Source: Eledone cirrhosa (lineage: Eukaryota). Taken from it: a stretch of 64,000 bases of DNA. Shown here one piece after another: positions 1 to 14,100 of this stretch. Below the pieces are notes generated by a model, which had not been told where the DNA came from, did not search any database, and saw only the letters and a program-made list of their open reading frames with translations. The position numbers and the translations under genes were made by a program. Within the stretch, counting starts at the first letter, position 1, and each line of letters opens with the position of its first letter. Location of the stretch: assembly GCA_964016885.1 (NCBI GenBank), contig OZ024743.1:308140001-308204000 (forward strand), given 5' to 3'.

Positions 1-10
1 GTTGGGCAAT

Positions 11-134
11 TCCTGCTGAAGAGTGTAATAACCCGATTACGTAAATATCCGCTGATTTTACGTGATTTTCTGAACATTGCAGAAGTAAAATCTGCATTTG
101 TAAAGTTATATTACACAGAAACGATCGTCTAGGA
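11..134 (+). ncRNA. Type I hammerhead ribozyme motif with long stem II
   Basis: TCCTG-CTGAAGA(16-22)-GTGTAATA...TATTACAC-A-GAAA(118-121)-CGATCG-TC-TAGGA. Stem I is TCCTG/TAGGA, stem III is palindromic ACGATCGT, with one extra A before GAAA. Confidence 0.6.
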
Positions 135-344
135 GAGAGATGTGTACACCAATCTCTAAATAAACACAGCCAGCTGTCTGCAGTAAATTAAATATGTGCA
201 CTCTGAACAGTTTGATTGCAGCTCCATAACTGCAATTCGCTAAATTCATTGAGTAAGTTAGACGCTGGACGGGTGACGCTGTATTTATACCAGCGATCTT
301 CGTTACTTTTGTTAAATATACATATAAATCATAATGGATGCAGT

Positions 345-410
345 AAAAACCAGTTAGACCATTACTCACCAGAGTACTTGATACTTTGGGTAGTAGAGTA
401 GGTAATATGA
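345..410 (-). mobile_element. Putative PLE 3'-terminal fragment next to (TA)n
   Basis: Similar to 6687-6750 and loosely to the 3' end of the PLE at 45700-45850. Confidence 0.4.
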
Positions 411-419
411 AGGATATAT

Positions 420-470
<51 letters not shown>

Positions 471-473
<3 letters not shown>

Positions 474-648
474 GTTTCTACTTTTGGCACAAGGCCAGCA
501 AATTACCCAGTGCATTACTGGTACTTTATTTTATCGACCCCGTAAGGATGAAAGGCAAAGTCAACCTCGGCGGGATTTGAACTCAGATCGTAAAGGGACG
601 TAACTATGCTGGAAAGCATGGCGTCCGACCCTCTACCGATACTGCCAG
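471..648 (-). mobile_element. tRNA-derived SINE (most abundant family in the window)
   Basis: Reverse complement has B-box GAGTTCAAATCC, body GGTTGACTTTGCCTTTCATCC...GTCGATAAAATAAAGTACCAG and tail GCTGGCCTTGTGCC. About 19 copies: 4670-4830, 5757-5860, 9410-9598, 10337-10556, 10575-10790, 11060-11160, 12265-12452, 16425-16545, 21753-21880, 31614-31825, 31906-32110, 32129-32345, 32380-32480, 34134-34322, 42340-42480, 46965-47145, 56152-56182, 62190-62398. Confidence 0.85.
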
Positions 649-972
649 TGTGTGTATGCGTATATAATTCAAAGTCAGTTCAATTGAAATGAAACTAATA
701 TCTGTCCATGGTTTTCCCAAAAGTTTATCATATAATAGTTCTCGGTTGTGTATATTTTTTATTTATTTAAAAAAAAAGTTATTTATTTATTCATATTTCA
801 CTTCCGTCCTAAATCTGGAAGTAGTTCCTGCTGCTTGATAGAAAGCAGCGGAAATGCTTCTTTTACTACCGGATTTAATTTTTTAGCTTGCATTGACCAC
901 TTCAAAAAAATGCCAACGAAAGGTCACTCCAGTTTTAGTACGTCTGCTCTCTCTCGTTCTCTCTCTCTCTAA

Positions 973-1040
<68 letters not shown>

Positions 1041-1480
1041 CTCTCTCTCTCTATCTATCTCTCTCTCTTTCCTTTTTCACTCGACATATGATGTTAAGGA
1101 CAAATATTAATATTTAGAAAAAAAATAATAACACAAAAACCCCAATAAAACTAAAATCCCACCCACCTATCCCCACCACATCCTAGTAACCTAGACGTAA
1201 AAAGGAAACCCCATAAGGAAGATATCTCGTTATCTTGATTATTTCTGTTTACTACTTCCATTCATTGGTGTCCTCAAAGAAACTTGTTGATATATCTTTC
1301 TATATTTAGAAACAAACCAAGGGCATATTTTTTCCTAGCACTAGACTCAGCTTGACCTCATCATATCGTGTCTTGCAATTTGTCAAATCTCATTCATCAG
1401 CCTACATACACATCTATCTATTAATCTCTCTGTCTATCTCGCCATAAATATACATACATACATAAATAAATACACACACG

Positions 1481-1515
<35 letters not shown>

Positions 1516-1678
1516 ATTGAAATGAAGTTAGAATTCCTCTGTGACAGACCTGTTTCTCTCTTGTTAGGAATCCCCTCGTTTTTATTTCTCTCCATATATA
1601 TATATGTGTGAGTGTGTGTGTGTGTGTGTGCATAAGCTGTGATTCAGCTATCTAATTTAAGACGGTAAGAGTTGTCTC

Positions 1679-1753
1679 GGTGACTTGACCAAATGGTTCA
1701 AAGCGCCTAGCTGGTATCTGGGCGATACGGGGTTCGATTCCTCGTATCGGCCA
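1679..1753 (+). pseudogene. tRNA-like sequence (tRNA pseudogene or SINE head)
   Basis: A-box TGACCAAATGG, anticodon-like arm CCTAG-CTGGTAT-CTGGG, T-arm CGGGG-TTCGATT-CCTCG. The acceptor stem is imperfect. Confidence 0.6.
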
Positions 1754-1844
1754 ATGAGAATTTGTGTTTCTGTCTTTAAGCGTCTTCACGCTATTTTATA
1801 GCATCTCCTTACATCACTCTTTATATATATATATATAGTGGTAT

Positions 1845-1896
<52 letters not shown>

Positions 1897-2252
1897 ATAA
1901 GAAAATCTCAGGAGAGCTAGACAACAGAAGGCCCCCCTCAAGCTAGTGTTTAGGCCTTTATATATGTATATATATATATATACATGCATGCATATAGTGA
2001 TTTATTCATGTGTTTGTATATATGATATATTTAGCAATGTTTATGTGCATGTATTTCGCTTCAGTTAGCTTTCATTTCTATATCCAGTTCATATCCTCTC
2101 CGTTATCACCACACTGTCGAATCAATAAGATTTAATTCTCTGTCTCTGATTGTCACTTTCTTTATCTTTCTTAGTCTAACCTCTATCTTCCCCTCTCTTT
2201 CATTATGTATCTTTTCTTTCTCTTTTGCTAAAAATCACATTTATATTATTTA

Positions 2253-2710
2253 CTAGCAGTGGTACCCGGCGTTGCACGGGATAAGGTATTTTGGAACGCG
2301 GGTCGCCAATAGACCTAATCGTTGAAAAAACTGCATGCCTGGACAATATTTAAAGAAAATGAGGTTTTTCACCTAATGCGGACCCTAGGCCATAAAAAAA
2401 GTTGGATTTTCTTTGCTCACGGTATGAAGAAGAGACTAACTAATACATAGTTACAATTTTAAGGAAATCGGTTTGACGTAACGCCTCAAAAAACTCCTAA
2501 AGCCTGAAAAAACGCAGTTTTTTTACCTAATGGGCCCTAGGGGAACAAAACGTTGAATATTTTTATGTGCATAACACTCCCTGAAACATAAGTAATACAC
2601 ATGCAAAGTTTGAAAAAAATCGGTTGGTTACCTCTCGAGTTTTAGGGATTCAAACTCACAGACACACACACACAGACACAGACAGTCATCCTCAGTTTTA
2701 TATATATAGA
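2253..2710 (-). mobile_element. Non-autonomous Helitron
   Basis: Minus strand reads A|TCTATATATATAAA ... CCCGTGCAACGCCGGG hairpin ... CTAG|T, the canonical TC...hairpin-CTAG ends inserted at an AT site. Confidence 0.8.
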
Positions 2711-2858
2711 TTACTGAAGAATTTATGCTCGTTGCCCAGAGATCAAATCATTCTATGCCTTACTTCGGTGGTAGACATAATCCGTCGGTCGGTTTAACAC
2801 CACCACATGGCGCTTTGGTGCCATAACGTTGGTGCATCTATCGTTGTTTTAGTGTAAG

Positions 2859-2918
<60 letters not shown>

Positions 2919-3054
2919 ATCTTTATTTGCCACAGAGGTGTACACAAATGGGACATTACAAGACGTGACGGCGGGGGTTTTATATAAAAATCATATAACT
3001 TTAACATTAATAAATAACAATAAACTATATATAATAAAATAACAATTTTGGCAG

Positions 3055-3480
3055 GATCTCTGCCAGGGCCTCCGTGCCTGTAGATTTTGTCTCGAACTGG
3101 TAGAGCTCCTCGGTAGCACTGCCAGGCCAGAGACCCCTGGAAGTTATCCATAGGCCGTGGACGGAAAGTCCTCCCGAACAGACTGGTCAGTTCGTCCTCC
3201 TCGATGCCTAGTGTTTCCCCGAGAACGTCGTCGCACTTATCCTCCACTAATTCCCTATAGGATGTCGAAGTGGTTGCCGTTTCCGCTTGGTAGAGGGCTG
3301 CGAGCGCCTGAATGCACTCGAGGTGCCGGGCACCCATTTTCGGTCTTCGCTTGACCCAGGACTGCAGCTCTGTTAGTGAGACGAGTTGTGGAAGAGCTTG
3401 TCTCACAAACGACAGCCACACCGGTTCACCGGTCAAGAATACCTGGAGATGGCGTAGCCTCAGCGCGTGTTTGCGATAGG
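3055..3480 (-). mobile_element. LINE ORF2 C-terminal fragment (L1/Tx1-like zinc-binding region)
   Basis: GC-rich ORF 2849..3436 containing LAWQCYRGALPVRDKIYRHG, a zf-RVT-like motif. Confidence 0.6.
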
Positions 3481-3598
3481 TAAGGAGTAGGGCGTAAATC
3501 TAAAAAATGTTGGAGAGCGCGGAGGCCGTCATCATGAGGGATGGCGGTATAGGGAGAGGTGATGTCCAGGATAAAGAGAAGGCAGGAAGGATCAGGAG
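3481..3598 (-). mobile_element. Penelope-like reverse transcriptase fragment
   Basis: Translation LLFILDITSPYTAIPHDDGLRALQHFLD matches the PLE RT motif D(V/I)xSLYTxIPH. Confidence 0.75.
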
Positions 3599-3754
3599 AC
3601 ACACACACACACACACACACACACATGCTTACGCATGCGCACAAGTATGGCTCTTTTTACAAAACGGTTTTTTTTCCATTTCAGGTAGACGCGCTCCATC
3701 ATCCACTTTTCTAAAAAATAAATCATACACAAAACTCCAGCACCAACAGTTTTG

Positions 3755-3969
3755 CAAGAGATGTCAACATGAATGGACCTGTTATTTTTATCTAAAGACA
3801 TTTTTTTCTAATTACAAACCGCCCGTCCCTTCAATCTATCTTATTTCTCATTTTTTCTTCTGATGAAGGACTATCATCCGAAATATTAACACCGTCTTCC
3901 TGCTATATCAAACGTTAACCTAATATATCCCTTCCATATACTGTACCGATTGTGTTGTTATTTTTGTTT

Positions 3970-3977
<8 letters not shown>
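3755..3977 (+). mobile_element. About 225-bp HHR-containing repeat (PLE pLTR/retrozyme-like), decayed HHR at 3856-3890
   Basis: Homologous to 49043-49267 and to the tandem copies at 13681-14100. Reads CTGATGA-A-GGA...TCC-GAAA-TATT. Confidence 0.75.
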
Positions 3978-4025
<48 letters not shown>

Positions 4026-4452
4026 TATATATATATACATATATGTGTGTATAAAACACATGAGAAGAGGAATACTGCGTGGTTGCACATGGGTTACATA
4101 TTATAAAATTAGTCCCTCGTCAGTGATTTGCCAATCATCATTGGTATTTCATCGCATTAAAAATCATATACCTCAGGTTGGTGCGAGCAATAACTAGAAA
4201 AAGCTATTGGGACAAGTGAGTCGCGTAAAGCGAGTGAGACAAGTAAACAACATAGAAGGATAAAAGCAAACCGAAGATAGGAAAAAAAACAAGCAACATG
4301 GTTATCCGGTCAGCATAAGCTGGGTGAATTTCATGAGCATTCAAAATACAGACCGTCCGACGTGAGTGAGATGTGAGCAAGAAAGAACCCCACTACCAAC
4401 GAAACGGGAGGAAGTGAGAAGGGGAGAAACAGAGAGTGAGTGAGTGGAAGTG

Positions 4453-4483
<31 letters not shown>

Positions 4484-5100
4484 GGGGGAGGTGTAATTCA
4501 TATCACGAGATTACAGGCGGATCCAGTGATTCTTTGTATGAACGTTTGTTGCAGGTTTCCTGTGAAAATCTTGCTCATAAATTAGATTTCATTGATGTAA
4601 TAAGAATGATAACGTTCCTTCGGGGATATATAAGAAAAACGTGGCGACATACCCCAATAGAAGCGAGGGAATAACTGGACAATATGCTTTATGGCATATA
4701 ATTACGTCCCTTTATGTTCTGAGTTCAAATTCCACCGAAGTTAGCTTTACCAAAGTACCAGTAACGCACCAGTGCGTTATCTAATTGACTTTTCCCTCTC
4801 CTTCATATCACTGTCCTTTAGCGAAATGTAGAAAGAATAAGGATGGAGGTGGTGGATTGAATGAATCGCTAGTGCGCCGGAGAAATGCTTTACGTTCTAA
4901 ATACTTTATCTCTCGACCCCAAAAGGATGAATGTGATTTGTTCTCAGAGTGCAGAGAACTGAAACGAATACCGAGACATTTAACTCTTTCTTTGCCATAT
5001 TCTTCATGAAAGACACTGTCTGAGATTTTCAATTAATTTCGAAAATGTGTCCATTGTCAGGGTTTTAAATTTAGTAAAGTTTTTCTAAATTTCATTCACA

Positions 5101-5121
5101 TCTATATCTATAAAAATGAAA

Positions 5122-5157
<36 letters not shown>

Positions 5158-6410
5158 CTGTTCCGCAGCAACTTTTGATCCGCAAGGCCGATTTTCAAAA
5201 TTCTTTTTGTAATCAACCACAAATTTATCAGGGCAGGTCGGCACGACATTGCGAATGATTGACTCCCCCTTTGTTCAGGTGAAACATCGATAAAACTAAC
5301 TATAGGTACGACTTTGCACAGAAAAAATCTCTATATCTATAAAAATGAAAAAGAAAGAGTGAGAGTGAAAGAAACAGACAGACGAAAAGAAGAGGATAGC
5401 GGGAGAGAGAGAGAGCGCGCGACAGACGCTGTGTTTGATACATGACAGTGGAAGAGGGGAAGGAATGCTATAACTAATTAACATGTGTGCGTGTGTGTGT
5501 GTGTGTGTGCATGCGCGCGTGTGTGTGTGTGTTCGTGCAGCGTTCCAGTAAGAGTTAAATCTATTAAGCGAGGATAATACGTCGTTATGTGGACCGAGAA
5601 GAACAATTTCATGCAAAGACAAGACCAAGTTTATGGTATAAATGGAGTCGTTAGACTAATATTCTATTTAAAATAACCGAATGATTTCCAGCCCCGGAGT
5701 TTAAGAATGATGTAAATAAAATTGTAAACGAAAATGACAGAGGTTATTAAAATAGTTATTTCTACTTTTGGCACAAGGCCAGCAAATACCCAGTACATTA
5801 CTGGTACTTTATTTTATCGACCCCGTATGGATGAAAGGCAAAGTTAACCTCGACGGTATTCTAACTAAGCCTTAAAATAGTAAAAGTAAATAGTGAAGAT
5901 TTAGGCCAGTACATACGTTTGCGCCGGCGGACATACACATACATATACATACGCACACACACACGCGCGCGCACGTGTGTGTAAACATTATGCATTTCTA
6001 CAGTATTTTCACCAAACTTAAGACATAGGTTACTTATGTACTCTGGATGGTCATGGGCACTTTCATTTTTCCAGATTGATTATAGGGCCTCCCGGCAGAT
6101 AACCCCCTTTAACCACTTCCTTGGAGTCGACTGAAGCACTGCAGTGCAATGCAACAAAACGTCATAACTTGTGGAGTTCGCAACCGATTTTCACAAAACT
6201 TGACACATGGGCTACGTTTGTTCTACAAATGAATGTGAACTCTCAGAATTGGCACATATTGAGTAGGGGACCCCTGGGGGCAGGAACCCCCATTGGAAAA
6301 AGCCGATGATTTTGTAAAAGTATAGTTTTCGAAGCAGCACTGAAGTATTGACATAAATGGTATACATAACTGCTATTTAATACCCGAACAACGCTGGGTA
6401 CCTCTGCTAG
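5101..6410 (+). mobile_element. Non-autonomous Helitron (composite, second 5' end at about 5329, SINE fragment inside)
   Basis: A|TCTATATCTATAAAAATG start, and CCCGAACAACGCTGGG...CTAG|T end. Its 3' about 850 bp is nearly identical to 38255-38990. Confidence 0.8.
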
Positions 6411-6528
6411 TATGTAATAGCTGTGAAAAACTTTTAATATATGTTAGTTGTCGTCCGGTTTCCCTTAGGACAATCACACACACAAACACACACACACACA
6501 CCCACACACACACACACACACACACGCA

Positions 6529-6584
<56 letters not shown>

Positions 6585-6628
6585 TACACACATACAAACA
6601 AAACAACAGCAAAAACTATATGTATTAT

Positions 6629-6670
<42 letters not shown>

Positions 6671-6744
6671 AAGAAAGTGTGGTAAAGAACCAGGTGGACC
6701 ATAACGCACCAGAGTACTCGATACTTAAGGTAGTAGAGTGGGTA

Positions 6745-6863
6745 ATAGGAAAAGAGTCGGGACCCCAACGGCTGAGCTCCGGCCGTTCGACAGCTAGATC
6801 CGAACGGATCTAGCTGTCGAAACGGCCGGAGCTCAGCCGTCAGGGTCCCGACTCTTTTCCTAT
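6745..6863. repeat. Fold-back palindrome containing an HHR 3' half
   Basis: Arms of about 58 bp around an AA loop (6803-6804). The right arm reads GAAAC-GGC...GCC-GTC-AGGG. A single-arm copy lies at 58738-58795. Confidence 0.85.
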
Positions 6864-6955
6864 ATACATATATATAATTGGTTTGGGATGCTTAAAGCGT
6901 CCGTAAGCGGTAGGCCGTTTGAGCACTCGATGCTCTTACAGAGCAGAGTTCTTAT

Positions 6956-6989
<34 letters not shown>

Positions 6990-7269
6990 GCGATAAATTA
7001 ACGGAGCCATAGACTCTCGTTATTCCCTGTCAATAATGTGTTTTAATGTGCAATATTGTATTTCATATATATATATATATATATACATATACATATGGAT
7101 CAGCATCAATTTTGACGGCGCGGGCACACTAGTAAATAATAAAGAAGCGTTTCATTCATTTTCATGAATAGTACAGAAAGTAAGCAGGCGGAACATGACT
7201 AAAAACAAAAAGGATTTCCCCGTTCCTTTCCATATTCATATTTACATATACAGCCACACACACACACAA

Positions 7270-8560
<1,291 letters not shown>

Positions 8561-8724
8561 TTTCAGTACGAAATTTTCTGCAAAGTCACAAGTTAAGTAA
8601 TGTGTTTAGCAGTCGACTGTTTGTTTACAACGATTTTAGGCAAAATAAACGACCACACAAACAACTCTGCAATCGGATAGAGTTTCAAACATATTTTTGA
8701 TGATGGTGAGTGGTATACTATAAA

Positions 8725-9252
8725 ACACTTGTTGTGGTTCATATTCTGTAGAGCACGGCATGTGAATAGTGGTTTTAAGAAGATTAACGGTGGAATGTGT
8801 TCTATAGATCGGTATAGAACACTTGTGTTTGATATTCTATAGAACACGACATATGGAAAGTATTTTTAAGAAGATTAACGGTGGAATGTGTTCTATAGAG
8901 TGGTATTCTATAGAATATTCGTGGTTGATATTCTGTAGAGCACGGCATGTGGATAGTGGTTTTAAGAAGATTAACGGTGGAATGTATTCTATAGATCGGT
9001 ATTCTATAGAGTGGTATTCTATAGAATATTTGTGGTTGATATTCTGTAGATCATTGTATTCTATAGATCGGTATTCTATAGAGTGGTATTCTATAAAATA
9101 TTTGTGGTTGATATTCTGTAGATCATTGTATTCTATAGATCGGTATTCTATAGAGTGGTATTCTATAGAATATTTGTGGTTGATATTCTGTAGAGCATGG
9201 CATGTGAATGGCGGTTTTAAGAATATTAACGGTGGAATGTGTTCTATAGAGT
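8725..9252. repeat. Complex minisatellite built from TATTCTATAGA subunits
   Basis: 15-bp subrepeats are nested in roughly 75-110 bp units. Confidence 0.85.
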
Positions 9253-9889
9253 ACTAGTTGGTAATGCTTTCCTACGAACACGGATGAGGGATAATATTTA
9301 ATATATTTCTAGTTGTTATATTCTGTATTGCTATATTGTTGTATTTCTGAGTTATATTTATATTTATCTTTATTATTAAATTAAATAAAAGCCTCGAATG
9401 CTGGTTGCTGATTTAGGCACGAAGTCAACAATTTTTGGGGAAGGGAAATTAACCTCAGTGCATTACTGGTACTTTATTTATATTGACCGCGAAAGAAGGA
9501 AACCGGAGGGATTTGAACTCACAGCGTAAAGGGACGTACATATATACCGCAAGGTATGTTGTCCGACGCTCCACCGATTACTGCCAATCCACCACCCTTA
9601 AAAGCTTTTGAAAAATAATAACAATTTAGGCATTAGTACGTTTAATTAAAGATGTAGATGAGTAAAACCGCCGTCACACTGTTACCAAAGCAACAAACAG
9701 AATTACTGATCCAAAGTTCTTCAAAAAGATCCTAGCAGATGGTTCCACTGACGAGGAATATATCTGTTGGAAGGGGATTATGAATATTTTCATGATAAAG
9801 TTAAGGCTTGGTTCTACCATACAAATTGTTTTAACGGTTTTGATACAAAAACTGCCTAAACCATCGCTGGTTCTAAAATATAAGCTGTT

Positions 9890-10140
9890 TTGTTGATGAT
9901 GATGGTCGCCGTCGTCGCCATCGTCGTCATCGTTGTCATCGTGGTGGTGGTGGTAATGATGATGATGACGTTGATAGTGTTGGTGGTGGTGATGATGGTG
10001 GTGTTACTGATAGTGATGGTGGTAATGATGATGGCGGAAGTGATTGTGATGATGCTGTTGGCAGTGGTAATGATGATGATGATGATGATGATGATGATTG
10101 ATGATGATGCTGATAATGATGGCAATGGTGGTGGTGATGA
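9890..10140. repeat. (GAT/GGT)n trinucleotide microsatellite
   Basis: Directly visible. Confidence 0.9.
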
Positions 10141-11639
10141 GTCTTACACCAGGGGTGTTAATTTAAATGTAGAAACGATAATATATCAGGAAAAAAATGT
10201 TTATTCCGAAAATAAGGATGATGTAGGCATCACTGTTTTTCCTTCCCTAATTAAATGGTAAAATAAAATAAAATAAAATAAAACGCAACCATCCATAGTA
10301 CCACTAGTTTATTATTAGTATTATTTATCTAGTAGATGGGGGTGGTGGATTGGCAGAATCGGTAGAGCGTCTGACAACATGCTTTGTGGCATATAGTACA
10401 GCACTTTACGTCCTCAGTTAAAATCCCGCCGAAGTTAACTTTGTCTTTCATCCTTACGGGGTCGATAAAATAAAGTACCAGTAACGCACTAGGGTTGATT
10501 TAATCGACGTTCCCCTTTCATCCAAATTGCTGGCCTTGTTCCAAATATAGAAACTATTATTTATCTAGTAGATGGGGGCGGTGAGTTGGCAGAATCATTA
10601 GAGGGTCACATAAAATGATTTACGGCATTTATTCCTGCTCTTGAAATTCTTGTTCAAATCTTGCCAAGGTCAATTTTACATTTCATCTTTCTGAGGTCAA
10701 TAAAATAAAATACCAGTCAAATACTGAGGTTGATATCATTAACTTTCCCTTCTACACCAATTCCAGGTTTGTTCCTAAATTGAAATCAGTATATAGTTAG
10801 TAGATAAAATGTTAGGTTGAATGAAACGTTGCAGGTCTGAGTTGATTTTCTAGTTTTTATAATTATAAAAATATATATCCTTACTGAGGCCCACATTGCT
10901 GAGCTAGCTTATGGCGCTAAATATACACGAGACAAACTTCATCCCAAACATTGTTATCGACTGTGAATGCAGAGAAGACTTCTACAGCACAGAAGAATCT
11001 ACCTTGCAGTTATTTAACTTATTATAATAATTTGGATAAAACGGCGAAGTTCTCCCTCCGGCTCTCTGCTATTTGAGTTCAAATCCGCCGATGTCAACTT
11101 TACCTTTCATCCTTTCAAGGTCGATAAAAAAAGTACCAGTCAAGTACTAGGATCGATTCTTCCTCTATACCTCTTTCTTAATTCTCTTTTCTCACTTTCT
11201 CTCCTTCACCTTCTCAGGATAAAATCGGCTATGATCAAACCTGGAGAGAGATAAGCTGCACCACATTTCAACTGGATAAGACGACATAAGAGGGTTTTAA
11301 ATGTTCAACTACTCCACCAGGAATTACGGCTCCATGCATGCATATATATTTTGTTTAAATTTTAATTATTAAATTCAGTTTACTAGAGCAAATGTGATTC
11401 TATTTGCCAACTGTTAATCATATTTTATTATTTTAATCATTATATTTTTAAAAACTTAATTCTAAATCTAAATGTTCTTCCTTCTTCCGTCTACCCACGC
11501 TCATTTTTTTTTCTTTTACTTCATACAAAAACACTGAGGAAAGAAATATGCTTATCTCTCATTTCCATGTTATTTCAGATAGATTATTACGGTCAACTGT
11601 AAAAATTCTGAATGATAATAATAATACTCATCAGTAAAT

Positions 11640-12230
11640 TTTAGAAATCCGCAGGAATCTTATAACATTTATATGTTTACAATGCAAACATTCCCTCTTT
11701 TATTATTATTATTTTCATTAGTAGTCATATTTTTAATGCGTTGTTTTCTCTGCACTGTAGAAAGGCAGCTTTGTGTGCCATACTTACTTGCAATGTTTTT
11801 CCTCTGGTTTGAATTTTCTATTGTATTAACAATACTCTGCGTGATGTAAATGTGCAGTTCCCCAGACATGCTTAGTTCTTTATATTTATAAGTCGTAGTA
11901 TTTTGATAATATATTTGTCTGTGTCTTTTTTTTAATCATTCCCTAGGTACTTATCATAGGGATTGTTTCTGTTTTAAGTCCCTCTATTCTGGTTATCTCT
12001 ATTTCCAGAATTTTTTTATTTGAATAATTTCTTCATATCTTCTTTAAGAAATATATTGTCGTCTATTGGGACTGCTACATCAATCAGAGGACACTTTATT
12101 TTATTTTTTTGGTTGGCATTAACAATAATATCGGGGTAGTTAAACGTAATCTTCTTGCCACGACTATGTGGATTGGTATATCCCAGACTATGGTCGCTTT
12201 GTTATTCTCCGAGACCGTTGCTAGAGCATA
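11640..12230 (-). mobile_element. Decayed R4/Dong-like non-LTR retrotransposon 3' end (restriction-like endonuclease)
   Basis: Minus-strand translation TIVWDIP...NYPDIIV...LIDVAVPIDDNI..KE fits the PD..D..K RLE motif. Confidence 0.65.
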
Positions 12231-12499
12231 TTTATGACACCAAATTTTGTTGGTATTTCATAATGGTCTCTAATTTGAGAGAAAGGGAAACTTGACTATA
12301 TCGACCCCAATATTTCACTTGTATTTTATTAACTCTGGAAGAATGAAAGACAAAGTTAGCCTCGGTGGTATTTGAACTCAGAACGTAAAAGACCGCGACA
12401 AATACCGTAAAGTATTTTTTCCGACGCTCTACCGATTCTGCCAATCCACCGCTCTACTTGTTGCTATTTCCTGATGCTAGCATAATTTCCAGTGTATGA

Positions 12500-12830
12500 A
12501 AAGCTGGGAAGGGAAGCCTGCAGCCTCCAAGCCATGCTTTATGACCTCGTTGAGGGCAGCATGGCTTGGAAGGCGGCCGACACTGTGGCGACAGGAAAGC
12601 GGGTGGAAGCCGAAATAGTCCACGGTGGATCCACAGCGACATTGGTGTGACTCGCAGATCCGGAGGGCAAGCCTCAAGGAAACGCCAATGTGCATGCTAT
12701 TGTTATCCAGATGCGTGCCAGTGGAGAAGGAGGGCAAGGCATGGAGCCAGGCACCACTGTGGGGTTTGGCGGCCGCACGAAAACAGGCAAGGCGGTGCTG
12801 GTCGAGCTGGCGCGGTTTCTAATGGGAAGT
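12500..12830 (-). mobile_element. CRE-like non-LTR retrotransposon fragment (zinc knuckle)
   Basis: SLRLALRICESHQCRCGSTVDYFGFHPLSC..GR...HAALNEVIK. Confidence 0.65.
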
Positions 12831-12989
12831 AATTGATCTTATGTTGCAATCAAGAATCCTTCAGTTCCTACTATTCTCAGCAAGTTCTGCTGTGATTTTT
12901 CTTTATCTATTTCTACCCTGTCTGTTGGTACTTATCATAAAGATGTTTGATTGTTCAGCTCTCGAATATCAGGTCGTGAGCTCGATTCC

Positions 12990-13245
12990 CGGGACCAACT
13001 ACATCGATTCCACAAAACGAAAACTACACCAAAGAGTGAAGGAACACTTCGAGAAGACAACGCCAGTATTCCAAAATAGACAAAAATATGGAAGGAGCAT
13101 CACAACGAAAGTACTCGTGGAACAGACAAACGTAATCAGCCTCCGAATAACGGAAGCGCATTTCATTATGAAGAGAGAACCAACTCTGAACCGTCGGGTT
13201 GATCGGGATACCTGGAGACATTTATACTCATACTACGACGGGTAA
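12990..13245 (+). mobile_element. GIY-YIG endonuclease fragment of a Penelope-like element
   Basis: NYIDSTKRKLHQRVKEH...LRITEAHFIMKREPTLNR fits YIG.T.R.L..R..EH...E...I....P.LN. Confidence 0.75.
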
Positions 13246-13680
13246 CAAATTTGCCAAAATAAACAACAGAGTCTGGTGAAGAATTTTACATTAGAACATG
13301 CTAACCCTTACTAACACAGTAGCAAGGCTCGTAGAGAATAGCCGCGTATCTTCTCACGTTAAATATACTAATCCTAGTTATAATTCCATACTTTAATCTT
13401 TTTAATTTATTTTTATCGTAATGATAACTCACACAAACACACCTTTATTTACATCTCTATCTTCACATAAACGAACAATAAAACATAAAAGGTTTACCGT
13501 TTTAACAAGTTTTATCACGATTATTTATTCCAACTATTATTTCTTCTTTCAAGCTTCCTATACTTCACACTCATCTCACCTTACATCTAGTTACCACTCA
13601 ATCCTCACTTACGTAACACTACCATGGAATACGCGCAACTACATCCCACCATACCTATAAACATGTTATATATATATATG

Positions 13681-14100
13681 TATGTAAAAGGTAAACAGAA
13701 ATAACAACACAATCGGTACAGTATGTGGAAGGGATATATTAGGTTAACGCTTGATATAGCAGGAAGAGGGTCTTAACGTTTCGGACGCTAGTCATCCATC
13801 AGAAGAAAGAATGAGAAATAAGATAGATTGAGGGGACGGGTGGGATGGAATTGGAAAAAATGTCTTTAGATAAAAATAGCAGGTCATGTATGTATGTATG
13901 TGTGTATGTATGTAAAAAGTAAACAGAAATAACAACACAATCGGTACAGTATATGGAAGGAATATATTAGTTTAACGCTTGAAATAGCAGGAAGAGGGTC
14001 TTAACGTTTTGGACGCTAGTCCTTCATCAGAAGAAAGAATGAGAAATTAAGAAAGATTGAAGGGACGGGCGGGGCGGAATCAGAAAAAAATGTTTTATAG
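13681..14100 (-). repeat. Tandem 228-bp HHR-containing repeat (about 1.8 units)
   Basis: Unit starts at 13681 and 13909. HHR motifs at 13771-13806 (CTGATGG) and 13999-14034 (AAAA replacing GAAA). Confidence 0.85.

Noticed and set aside
4050-4200. Possible HHR (CTGACGA / CTGATGA on the minus strand, paralog at 29785-29940)
   Set aside because: Both copies have GCAAC with no convincing stem II, NUH or stem I. Kept only as an unclassified repeat.
9640-9890. Possible host exon (stop-free frame in non-repetitive DNA)
   Set aside because: No recognisable domain or convincing splice sites.
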